From Tubulanus polymorphus (Eukaryota; Animalia; Nemertea), in assembly GCF_964204645.1 (NCBI RefSeq), contig NC_134030.1, positions 15,438,110 through 15,502,109 of the forward strand: DNA of 64,000 nucleotides. Reading direction: 5' to 3'. A program made the translations under genes and the position numbers. The notes below the pieces were generated by a model. The model saw nothing but the letters and a program-made list of their open reading frames with translations. It had not been told where the DNA came from and searched no databases. Numbering within the stretch: position 1 is the stretch's first letter; the number at the start of each line of letters is the position of its first letter. Below are positions 1 to 10,588 of the stretch, in pieces.

Positions 1-1284
1 TTTTATAAGATATTTCAGAATGCCTTTCTCTTTTTTGTGACGAATCACTCGTTCTACGTAATAGATTGGCTCAACCGGATTCGCAGGCTTATTTTGATCG
101 CCCGGATCATCCGGTGCGAGCACAGGCCTCTCCTCAGGTTTATCCCTGTCCTCCCTGTCAATAGGTGGATTCTCAGGTATGTCGTCCTCAAGCGGCCTAA
201 TGTCCGTTGAAAAGAAATGCTTCATTCTATTACAATGTACTGGGACGGCCAACTCTTGATTCCTCTCATTCTCCAATATGAAAGATACAGAAGAAATCTG
301 TCGGACAATTCGATAAGGGCCCGTCCATTGATGAAGCAATTTCTTACTTAGCCTCTTTATTTTCTTTGGAGTGAATAGCAACACTTGATCACCTACTGCG
401 AAATTTGGAGGAACGGCAGTCCTGTCGAAACGTTCCTTCATCTTCTCCTGCGCCTTTTTGATATTAGCCTTGGCCAACTTTCTGGCCTCTTTCAACTTTG
501 GCAACATTGCTTGGACAAAGCCTCCTGCATCAAAGTAAACGTCCCTCGGATTAAGTAAAGCAACGTCCATCGGCAACCTCGGTTCTCGGCCATACGTGAG
601 GTAGAATGGCGAGTATTGCGACGTATCGGAAGCTGGACTTACCCGATATGCAAATAGAATGGGGTAAAGGTATTCGTCCCAATCGGTTTGGCGTTCATTG
701 CAGTAAATGCTCAGAGCCTTGACAATCACAAGATTCATGTGCTCGACTTGTCCCTGAGTTTGTGGTCTATACGCACTGGACCGTGCCCGTGGCGTATTAC
801 ATAGCCGCGAAACCTCGCTGACTAATTTACTCAGGAAATTTGTTCCGCGATCGCTCTGCAAGACAGAGGGCGCCCCATGGCGATAAATGATTTGTTCATA
901 GAAGATCGTAGCGACCGTCGTGGCTTCTTGATTAGGCATAGCAAAAGCTTCAACCCACTTTGTAAGATAGTCGACAAAGACCAATATGTATTTATTTCCC
1001 GAGTCCGTTGTTGGAAAAGGACCACAGACATCCATTGAGACTCTATCCTACGGCCCTGTGACAGCTATGGGGTTAACCGGGGCCCTAATGGGCTTCCCTG
1101 GCTGATTCTTAGTCGCACAGTCCTTACAGGATTTAATCCAATTTTCAACGTCTCGATACATACCACGCCAGTAATACCTTGCTCGCAAGGTTTCGTAGGT
1201 CCGTTTGTGACCCAAGTGACCGCCAGTCATTGAATCATGACCAGCCTCTAACATTTCCGCATACATTCTTTTAGGTATGACCAA
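1..1284 (-). pseudogene. Gypsy integrase (HHCC zinc finger, DDE core, GPY/F motif) ending in a chromodomain
   Basis: ORF 1048..1284 has H-x6-H...CKDC. Manual translation gives KLLHQWTGPYRIV near 310-345 and YYVERVIRHKKEKGILKYLIK at 1-63, which runs off the window. Confidence 0.9.
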
Positions 1285-1302
1285 CTGACGAGGCCCATCA
1301 GC

Positions 1303-3263
1303 CTATATTTTCTTTTTAGAGTCTACATGGTAAAGAACTCCATCATCATCAACAAAGAAGTAGTCTGACTGCAAGATAATTCTTCGGGCTTCCTTGTCAT
1401 CATCTGGCAAGGTACCATCAAGTAAATAGTCTATAAGACACACTAATTGTAAATCAGACCGCTGGAGCTCGCCCATGTTCACGGGCACAGGCCGTCATTG
1501 TCAGCCTCGAGAGCACACGTGTCAATAGTGTCTTCCATACTATCAGAAATGGGATACGGGCGACGAGAGAGCCCATCGGCGTTCCCGTTTGCCTTGCTGG
1601 ACGATGCGATATGGAGTAGTCAAATTGCTCTAAGTAGAGTGCAATACGGCCAACACGACCCGAAAGTGTTTTCATGGTCTGAAGATACCGTAAGCAACTG
1701 TGGTCTGTGATAATCTCAAAATGATATCCCCGTAAGCAGGGTTCAAACTTTTTGACTCCTGCTGCAACAGCTAAGAGTTCACGGTCCGTTGTAGAATAAG
1801 TTTTCTCCGCTTTATTCAATCCTCGCCCCGCATATGCAATTGCTCTTTCTTGCCCATCCTAGACCTGCGCCAGTACCATGCCGTTACCTTCATCGGAGGC
1901 ATCAGTATATAATAAAAATGGCGATGCCCCATAAATGGGGAAGGCCAATACTGGGGCTTCGAGCATCGCTTGCTTAAGGGTGTCGAAAGCCTGTTGACAA
2001 GAAGCGTCCCATCTATACGGCACGCCTTTCTTAGTCAACTGGTGTAAGGGGGCGGCGATAGAGCTGTAACCTCTACAAAAACGCCGATAATAATTGGTGA
2101 ACCCCAGAAAACTTCGTAGTTCTTTTTAAGTCGTGGGGACAGGCCATTCCTGTACGGCTGCTACCTTTTCCGGGTCAGTAGCGATCCCGTCCTTTGATAT
2201 TCGATGTCCAAGGAAGTCAATGGTTTTGACCGCAAACCGACATTTCTTGGGATTTAGGCGAAGGCCTGACTCACGAAATCGATCGAAAATTTGAGCCAGG
2301 TGAATTAAATGACCATCAAAAGAATTCGAGTAACAGATAATATCGTCCAAATATACTAGACAAAATATCCCAACCAAGTCTCTCAGCAGACCGCCAGTCA
2401 ACCTCTGAAAGGTAGATGGCGCCGATTTCAGACCAAATGGGAGTACCTTAAATTCCAAAAGAGACGAACTGTGTTATAAAAGCAGTCTTATCCCTACTGG
2501 CCTCGTCAACTTCAACTTGCCAGTAGCCACTCAGAAAATCAAGTGAGCTAAAGAATGTAGGTGCCGCTTGACCAACCTGAGCCAAGAGATCATCGATTCT
2601 AGGCAGGGGAAAAGAGTCTGAACGGGTGACAGCATTCAATCCCCGATAGTCAACACAGAATCTCCACTTAACCTCTCCGTCCGGGCTCTTTTTCCGAACG
2701 AGAACGATCGGGGCAGCCCATGGGCTAGTACCATGTACTATCCCCATGTCTAACATTTGTTTGACATGCGTGTCAATAACTTCTTGCATGGCCGGAGAGG
2801 CTCTATAAGGCCTTTTCCGAATTGGGGCCGCGTCCCCTGTGTCAATGACGTGTTTGACTAAGTCAGTTTTACCAAGTTCGTCCGGTGTTCGTGCAAAAAT
2901 GTCCCGATACGATCGTATTAGTTCAAGAAGTTTCGCTTTCTGTGATGGGGAAAGGTCCGAGTCTGACATATCTATTTCCGGTATCCCAATGTCAGCAGAT
3001 GTCTGAGGGTAGTCCACATGAGTGACAGACACCTCTGGAGGTCGGGTCATCTGTCCCGAATTCCCTTCATTCTTCAGGGATTGGTCAAGTGACCACCCAT
3101 CTGTCCATAAGTGGCCAAGACACATATCCTCATAGAGGGTGACATGTCGTGACGCGGGATTCATGACCCGAACTGGAATTCCTGATTGCGTAACGTCGTT
3201 TACTGACCTTGCACTCATAAGATCATGTGCCCTTAATTGATTTGCCGGCTCAAAGACTGCCAC
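1303..3263 (-). pseudogene. Gypsy reverse transcriptase and RNase H, frameshifted
   Basis: SPWAAPIVLV, WRFCVDYRGLN, LDFLSGYWQV, LPFGLKSAPSTFQR, YLDD, DFLGH; RNase H motifs YSTTDRELLA and TDH; split over several ORFs. Confidence 0.95.
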
Positions 3264-3287
3264 CGATGCTTGTGTCCTGTCAATCGA

Positions 3288-4901
3288 TTATTTTCCGTCT
3301 ATGATGACCTCACATGAGGGGGGAATGACAGTCATTCGCGTAACCTTGACGGACGAAGACTTGCCCAAATTGACAGTATTGTTGAAGTAAATTGCATCGG
3401 CCCCTGGTAACAAAAGGGCCTTTCTTGCATAATCAATAACTGCCTGGTTTTGTTCTAAGAAATCAGCTCCAAGAATTACATCGGACGTGATACCGTCTAC
3501 CACGTACATAGAGTGCGTAATTTCCAAATTGCCTAACACAAAATCCACAGAAATAACTCCTCTCAGGTCAAATTTAGTTCCATCTACCCCACGGGCAGAT
3601 TGGAATTGACCCACCTGCAAAGGGCCATTTGACATCTGAGGATGAGTCGTAAAATAATCATTCGATAATACAGAGATTTCGGCGCCCGTGTCGATCAAAA
3701 TACTTAACGGTGTCCCCGAATGGCTACCTGTCACTCGGTTAGCGACAGTTGCCATGATTGACGGGGAATAAACCTCTTGTTCAATAGGAATATTCTGACT
3801 AGAAAGAGACCCTATGTCGTTGGTTGGCGTGTTACCTAAAGTCGTCGTAATAGGTGGAAGTTGTTCCTGACAGTGAATAGTAGGTTGAAACTCGGAGTTC
3901 GAATCTCCTATTCCAACATTGTCGTTGGTTGGCATAATCGGTTTAGACGTTGGGACAACCTGACCTCTGTCCTGTACGTTGGACATTTCATTACCGATTG
4001 GTTGATGAAACCCGCTGGTATTCGAGGTGACAGGACGATCCTGTTCTTTTTCGAATAACTGACAACAATTTTCCGATGTTGACACCTGATTTGATACATT
4101 TGATACGACAGTCTCCGTATCATGATGATCATTACGACATTCCGACCGTGAAATGTTATTACTTAAATCAACTGACACTAGGTCACATTGTACCGCTGAT
4201 TCGGAGGTTACCGGGTACTTATACTGATCAGGAGTGCGTTCGTGACAATTCAATTGAGACTTCTTATCTCTAAAAAGGTCATCTTCTGCCGAATCCGTCG
4301 GACCATTAACCCCTCTAGGGTGTAACCTATCAACACTAATATTGTCACCCGAGCACGCCATATCTGCACGTACCTCCTGCAATTCAACCGGATCGCTAAA
4401 TGTGACCCTCCTGTGTCTTTCTACAGGCTCTCTAGTAACCGACAACTGGGAATTATTCCTCCAGCTGTCCTCAAAATTGGATCCCCGATCCATATAAAAA
4501 TTTCCATCAAACGACAACTGGGTATTGTCCCTCCAGCTGTCCCCAAAGTTACGATCTTGAATGTCATAAACGTCATCGGCACCCCATGAAGGAGTGTAAT
4601 CAATAAACTTATTTAAATGTAAAGGTTCATTGTCATCTAAGTAATCTGCATTACAGTTCCCCTCAGGTTCAAAATAAAGAGAAAATGAGTCAGCTAGCAT
4701 GTTGCCCTGATCAAATGACATGTCGAATATATCATCCCTATCGTCCTCAAAATAATCATCAACATCATCAAAAATATAATCGTCAATTACTGGACTGTCA
4801 TCGTCATATCTATGATATGAATATGAGTCGTCCCACCAAAAATCACTCCTTATCGCCGAATCGGGCGAGGGCTCTGTTGACCATTCATTGCGCGACCCCA
4901 C
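3288..4901 (-). pseudogene. Gypsy aspartic protease preceded by a long acidic/low-complexity linker
   Basis: LIDTGAEISVL and DVILGADFL motifs. The stop at 3288 is in frame with the RT ORF at 3263, so it is a single nonsense codon. Confidence 0.9.
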
Positions 4902-5972
4902 CCTTGTCGGTCTATAGGATGAGGTCTCCTCGTTTCCCTGACTAATGTTCGATTAGCCCCTTGGGAGCCACGCCCAATATTCTGTGGCCGAAAGTGACCC
5001 CTACTAGCATTTTGGGGACGGCGATTATCACGCTGAAATGCGTCCCGGTTTGGTGACCTTTGTTGGTCGTAACGCCACGTCGGGCAATTCCTGGCGTAAT
5101 GACCAGGGGCGTGACATTGAAAGCACGCCACCTGGCCATCCTGTGACCTTTGTGACGGGCGGCTTTCGCTATAAAATGTGGCTCTATCATTCCACTGAGT
5201 AGGGCAGACTTCTGGATGTCCATAATTTGGCGGAACATGTCCCGTAATTCAGCCATAACGTCACCCATCGCTTTATTTGGTTCGGTCCCAATTTGCGATA
5301 CCTTGGGAGACGACAGAGCTTTACGTTGTTCGATATGCTCCGCCATTCTGGCTGCCTCCCATGCATCCCTAAATGTCGTCGGACGCTGTGACAACAGGTA
5401 GACAGAGATGTCAGGGCGAGAGTTGTTAATTAGTAACATCTTTTTCTGGTGGTCCGAAAATTTCAAACTCGAGGCCACACGATCAATCTCTTCCGCAAAC
5501 CTATCGACCGGTTGTGTCTCCCCCTGTCGCATCGTCGTCAAAGCCGACTCCTTGACCAAAGCCCACGAGGTGGGGCTAAATTGCGCGCAAAACGCACGGA
5601 CAATATTTTCCCAGGGAGTGACAACTTTGCCACCGGCCGCATCGGTTCCCTGATCAATGCGGAGGTCATTGAATAGAACTAGGGCTGGGCCAGCCAAAAA
5701 CCAATATAATTGCTTCTTTTTTGCAATTTCGTCCCAGCCCCTCTGAACCAATCAGAGACGCACTGACTATCTCGTCCCGTGAATTTGGGGAGCATAGAAA
5801 AATTCATAAAAGCGGTGGCCGTGTCCACCTGCTCGCGTAGGCCTGAGAGGGCCTCCAGGACCGTGTTATCATTAACGGGGGGATGACCCTGTGGAACCCC
5901 TTCGGCAGGGGGTTGCCCCTGCAAGCCGCCCGCACCGTCCTGCCCGTATGCAGTGCCGCTTCTAGTAGCCAT
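4850..5972 (-). pseudogene. Gypsy gag (capsid and CCHC zinc knuckle), frameshifted
   Basis: MATRSG start, LPKFTG, MRQGETQPVDRFA (major homology region-like), CFQCHAPGHYARNC knuckle; three frames. Confidence 0.88.
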
Positions 5973-6190
5973 AATATTGTTGAAACGGAGTAATTCTAAT
6001 TATATTTAAGTATTTCTATACTACTATGTTAAATACTAAACTCGATCCTGATGATCGGCCCAACAAAGCAGCTGTTTCCAAATGCGGTCAATGTCCGCCA
6101 CAGTCAACTCTTCGTTTGACGACGACAAAAGAATGTCGTCAATCCCCTCAAAATTCCACGAAAAGGAAGGGCTGGGGACAGACTGCTTCT

Positions 6191-6844
6191 CTAAAAATGG
6201 CTTAAACACTGACCAGGTGAAAGATCTAATGGCTGGTCAACCGCAGACACACCCAAGGACAGGTCCAGTGGGAAAATTTGTACAGATGTGCCCAAAGATC
6301 CGCCCAACAATTGCCCAGCTGCAGTTGTGTCAACAGACGATGGTCTATCCGCCAACAATGGGGACAGGTCTAATGGCTGCTCTGTGTCCAATGGACGTTC
6401 GGCATCCCCTGTAGGTGAATCAGGTGGCACCGAACAACAGCACGAAAAACTCGAGCAGCCTGAGGTCGAACCAGCCGATGAAGCCCGCGTGATAAGCCGG
6501 TCAGTCCCTATCGGGCTACCACGGTTCGAATCCGTACCCGATGAATTCAGAGTGGGGAAAGAGGGTGCTGAGGGCGGACAAGTGCACCGTATCCGGTCGT
6601 AAAAGACTGCTAGCGTTGGGCACGTGCAGTATAAACAAGTGTCTTTTAACTCAAAGTCCGTTAGCTGGGAATACGGAGTCCCACTATTGTCCCTAGAAGG
6701 TGACCGTGCTGCAGCTATTGATGTCGGAGCTGCGGGTGTCAAGCGCACCGCAACGAGACACCTCTTTCGGGGTGGGGCACCCAAATAACCAGCGCTACGG
6801 CGTTTGGTTGTAACCCTTACCGTTATCGGCCCCGACATAAACAA
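6191..6844 (-). CDS. Accessory ORF upstream of gag; Cys cluster, basic NLS-like segment and three PLDLS motifs
   Basis: 217-aa open frame with an AT-rich leader; PPRKRC, CLYCTC...CTC, QPLDLS, FPLDLS, QPLDLS and a PLDTE variant near the C-terminus. Confidence 0.65.
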   Translation of the reverse strand: MFMSGPITVRVTTKRRSAGYLGAPPRKRCLVAVRLTPAAPTSIAAARSPSRDNSGTPYSQLTDFELKDTCLYCTCPTLAVFYDRIRCTCPPSAPSFPTLNSSGTDSNRGSPIGTDRLITRASSAGSTSGCSSFSCCCSVPPDSPTGDAERPLDTEQPLDLSPLLADRPSSVDTTAAGQLLGGSLGTSVQIFPLDLSLGVSAVDQPLDLSPGQCLSHF

Positions 6845-6912
6845 TTGATAATAATATTAATAGAAAGAAAATGTATGATCATCAGTGTTAAGCAATCTAG
6901 AATCCCTCAAAG

Positions 6913-7230
6913 TCACTCAAAGTAGCCGTATACCCGCGACCTGTCGGCTACCAATATGTTGTGATCAGGGATATCGCACAAACTAAAATCCCCCTGATCC
7001 CAGAAAGACGTATCGCTATCGGTTAATCCACCGGGTGGAGGGTTCGAATCCCTCACTGGCTGTCCCACAGCCCCGACGGTGGTGGTACCTTTGGTGCTGG
7101 TTGGGTTCGATTCCCACAGCGGCTCCCTTAGATGGGCCGGTATTTCCCACCTAGACTTGGGAGCTGGCGAAAGTGTATGTGTTTTATAAACCGTAGCCCC
7201 GCAGTGACCACACTTCAACCCAACCGACAT
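6913..7230 (-). CDS. Accessory ORF (CxxC plus EPLWESNP), paralog of 7430..7972
   Basis: Likely start MSVGLKCGHCGA after an AT-rich leader; WEIPAHLREPLWESNP matches FEIPEEHREPLWDSNP in the neighbouring ORF. Confidence 0.6.
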   Translation of the reverse strand: MSVGLKCGHCGATVYKTHTLSPAPKSRWEIPAHLREPLWESNPTSTKGTTTVGAVGQPVRDSNPPPGGLTDSDTSFWDQGDFSLCDIPDHNILVADRSRVYGYFE

Positions 7231-7429
7231 ATAAAACAATAGTGAAATATTAAAATAGCAAACCAATTATAAATTAAATTTGGTTGTATAATAATTAAAT
7301 CATTAATCGATAATTAAATACTTAAATGATAATATTAAACCAATTTAAAAATAGTAATAAATAATTAATTAACAATTAAATACTTGAATGATAATATTAA
7401 GAAAATTGACGCCCTCTAGCCAACTCTAT

Positions 7430-7972
7430 TTAAGCTGGGCAAAGAAAATAACCATTCGCGTCTTTATCCCCAAAAATGAAGTCGTTCGGGTTCGCGAAAT
7501 CCCGAAAAAAGTGTACCCAGAACGGGTCGAACTTGTCTGGCACCTTAACCAGCCGTACTCTGCGCCGGCGTTCCGAGGGGTTCAAATCCCCAAAGGTGAC
7601 CAGAGCTGGCGCCTCGTGCTGTGTAGCACGTTGGTTTGGTTCCCACAAGGGCTCAGCGGAGGCGACCGAGGTGAGCGGTGGGTTCGTATCCCACAATAGC
7701 TCCTGATTATCTTCAATCAAACCCAATGCCTTTGGTATCGGTGGGTTAGAATCCCACAAAGGCTCCCGGTGCTCTTCCGGTATTTCGAAAGGCTTAATCG
7801 GTGGGTTCGAATCCCACAATGGTTCCCGATACTCCTCCGGGATCTGAAATGGTCGTGCACGGGGTGGGTTCGAATCCCACAATGCCTGTGTCGGCCTGTT
7901 TACTGGAGTGCGGCGCTTCTTTGAGAAAGCGTTCTTCGCACCACAGTGTGAACAAATAAAAATTCGAACCAT
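7430..7972 (-). CDS. Accessory ORF (CxxC plus tandem EPLWDSNPP repeats)
   Basis: 180-aa ORF MVRIFICSHCGA..., about five 20-21-aa repeats, first substantial ORF after the PBS. Confidence 0.65.
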   Translation of the reverse strand: MVRIFICSHCGAKNAFSKKRRTPVNRPTQALWDSNPPRARPFQIPEEYREPLWDSNPPIKPFEIPEEHREPLWDSNPPIPKALGLIEDNQELLWDTNPPLTSVASAEPLWEPNQRATQHEAPALVTFGDLNPSERRRRVRLVKVPDKFDPFWVHFFRDFANPNDFIFGDKDANGYFLCPA

Positions 7973-8024
7973 TAAAATTAATAAATTTCAAATAATAAAA
8001 GCTTGACACAATAATTAATCAATA

Positions 8025-8038
8025 CGGTTTCGGCACCA
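8025..8038 (-). other. Primer-binding site, tRNA-Phe type
   Basis: Minus strand TGGTGCCGAAACCG one base after the LTR-terminal CA; matches the complement of the tRNA-Phe 3' end (TGGTGCCGAAACCC). Confidence 0.85.
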
Positions 8039-8039
8039 G

Positions 8040-8583
8040 TGATACACCGGTCACAATCCTCTCTTTAATCGTTATCTATAAAATACTTGAGTAAGGCCCT
8101 GGCGAGAGAACGTGTCCGTGCACAAATCCGAATGAATAAATTGAAATAACGGATGATAATATTGAAGATAATATATTTTATTTACCTTGAACAAAGAATG
8201 ATTTTCCTAATCCCTATTGCATATGAATCCCTATCGTTCCGAAGCTTCTCCTGTCCTGCTGTCGACACTCGTCTTACTAAGGTACAGATTCTCCCGATTG
8301 ACTGCTCTCTCAAGATGCGGGTCCCTTTTATAGAAAGAATCGGCATTCTTAAAATACCGACTCTCCCACTCGACTTTTTGGCAAGGAGCAACAACCTTAC
8401 TGTCATGACTGTTTTGGTCATATAGAATTTGGCCTTAATGATTCGCTGATCTAAAATTATTTTCAAAACTGATTTGCTAAACTAACTTTTTCCTTCCAAC
8501 CCTCCTGTCATGACGCGTTGTGATTTACTCACTCCTTGCTAGTCGTTGTTGAGAGAGCAGCTATAGCTCCGTTCCATCTTACA
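8040..8583 (-). repeat. 5' LTR of the Gypsy element (outer boundary tentative)
   Basis: Ends ...GTGTATCA next to the PBS; candidate start TGTAAGATG at 8583; TATAAAAG (~8325-8332) and AATAAA (~8167-8172) in the expected order. The partner LTR is outside the window. Confidence 0.7.
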
Positions 8584-8634
8584 TGATATTGTTGAGTTCT
8601 ATACCAAAATAAAAGTATCCTAATCAACCTACTA

Positions 8635-10569
8635 TTAATTTTTAGTCTCCTTAAGAACGAATAAACAATGTTGAGTTGAATGACGCTTTTTAAAACCGAA
8701 CTGATTGTCGGTGGTAATTAACAGATCCTCACAAATAAATAAAACTATTTTCTCAAACACTTTAGATATGACTGTCACTAAAGCTATGGGCCTGTAATTA
8801 CTAACACTGGACATATCCCCAGTCTTGTTTTTTGGTATTGGATTAATTATAACTTTTGAGAGACGTTGGGGAAAAAACGAGTGTTGTAGCATAAATGTAA
8901 AACACATTGACAGTAATATAACGATAATCGGTGACGCATTTACTAGACTTTCAGCTTGCAAATTATCAATACCTGGAGCTTTTCCAGTTTTAATTGACTT
9001 TATTGCACGATCCACGTCGTGGGGCGAAATCACGAGGTGGTCATCTAAACTAGAAGAGAGAAATTCCTCTACATCTGATCTATTTCTATCATTAGTAACG
9101 GAGTTAAACAATTTCTGATAATGATCTCTCCATAATTCGGTTATTTCCTTATCACCAGTAGCGTGATCGATAGACGTTGATACAGGTGCGCACTTATTAT
9201 TGAAACATTTAACTTTGTTCAAGAATTGACACGGGTCCTTGGCGTATAGGCTATTTGCTAAAGAATCGGATTTAAAAGTTTCCTCCTGTGTCCTACATTT
9301 TCGCAACGCCAGCTTGAAACGCGATCTCAGTAAGCGCATGCGTTGGTATTCATAGCCTTTTTTTGGACTACCGACTGTACGCCATGCCAGGAATGCTTCC
9401 CTGGCACGCTCATGATCTTCTCGCAGTAAGTCGTTCCATCCCGGTATATTGAATTGGTTTTCAGTATGTGCGGTAATGCTCGATATGTCATGTTGCGCAG
9501 ACTGAATTGCGTCAATGATGTTTCCGTAAAAAGTATCAACAGCGATCAAATGAGTAGGATTGGCACAGCTATGGTCTTTACAGCATATTAGTTCTGAAGG
9601 GATTGTGATTGCTGACAGATTGTCGTCTGTTTTAAGTTTATATCGCGAGATTTCAGTATCAGATAGTTTGCCCCATCGAACACAACGGTTCGTTGACCCA
9701 TCTGTTTTCGTCGATGGAATTTGTTTGACTTTTTTTGACAGCGAAAGCTCGAAACACAGGGGTCTATGATCGGAGATAATATATTGATATTTAACTTCGT
9801 ACTTTGTTATTTTTCGATAAATCTGATAACTAGTCAGAATGTGATCCAGCCATGATGTTGTTCCATGCGCATCACTAATAAACGTATAGGTATCTGGTGA
9901 GAGATTTTCTAGGTCGGCAGAAATAAGACTGTGATCCTCGGTAAAGCGTCGGAGAATATTTCCAAAGTTGGCAGACGGTGACGCGTTAAAGTCTCCCATT
10001 ACCAAGAAATGAGCGCATGTTGATTCGTCGATTATACTTTTAATTTTACACAGATAATCTTTAAATAGCGGCACGTTTTCGACAGTATCGGTCGGCAGGT
10101 AGACACAAAGAATGAGGATGTCTCCACCTGCGTCGTTAAGTTTGATTCCGATAATTTTCGGATCACCATATGATATTCGATGTATTTTCGGAGTTAGACA
10201 TTTGCGCCATAGAAAGGCTGTGCCGCCGTATGGACGGCCAACCAAAATATCACGAGAAGTATCGACTGCAGATTCCCCAAAATGAGTGAAATTGGGGTGG
10301 ACCTTGTCCATGAAATTAAGATCTTGGGGTAAAAGCCAGTGTTCTTGAAGAAGAACGATATCACTTTCGTTACAAAGTTTGTTTACATCTAAGATGTTGT
10401 TTTTCAGAGAGTGACAGTTGAGCGTCGCTATTCTAATTGTGTTCGTACCAGTCGTTGTCGTATCGTTCATATTGCTGTCCATATTGGTGATCATACCTGT
10501 GTTCATCATCTGACATTTCATAGCCTTGCCACCACGCGTCTCTGTTTTCTGTTTTCTGTAGTTGTACAT
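8635..10569 (-). pseudogene. LINE ORF2 (APE endonuclease and N-terminal part of RT), 3'-truncated
   Basis: IATLNC, LLQEHW, GRPYGG, CVYLP, GDFNA, WLDHI, SDHRP; RT motifs KAPGID, NYRPIAL, SKVFEK, QFGF. Ends before the catalytic YxDD motif. Confidence 0.93.
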
Positions 10570-10588
10570 CTCTGTCTTGTCTCGGTTT

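Larger units (their letters stand above)
1..8583 (-). mobile_element. Ty3/Gypsy LTR retrotransposon (degenerate; 3' end runs off the window start) with integrase chromodomain and 5' accessory ORFs
   Basis: Minus-strand order LTR, PBS, accessory ORFs, gag (CCHC), PR (DTGA), RT (YLDD), RNase H, INT (HHCC, DDE, GPY), chromodomain. Several frameshifts and stops. Confidence 0.95.

Noticed and set aside
7030-7890. tRNA genes suggested by GGTTCGAATCC motifs
   Set aside because: Only T-arms are present; no acceptor stem, D-arm/A-box or anticodon arm could be folded around them by eye.
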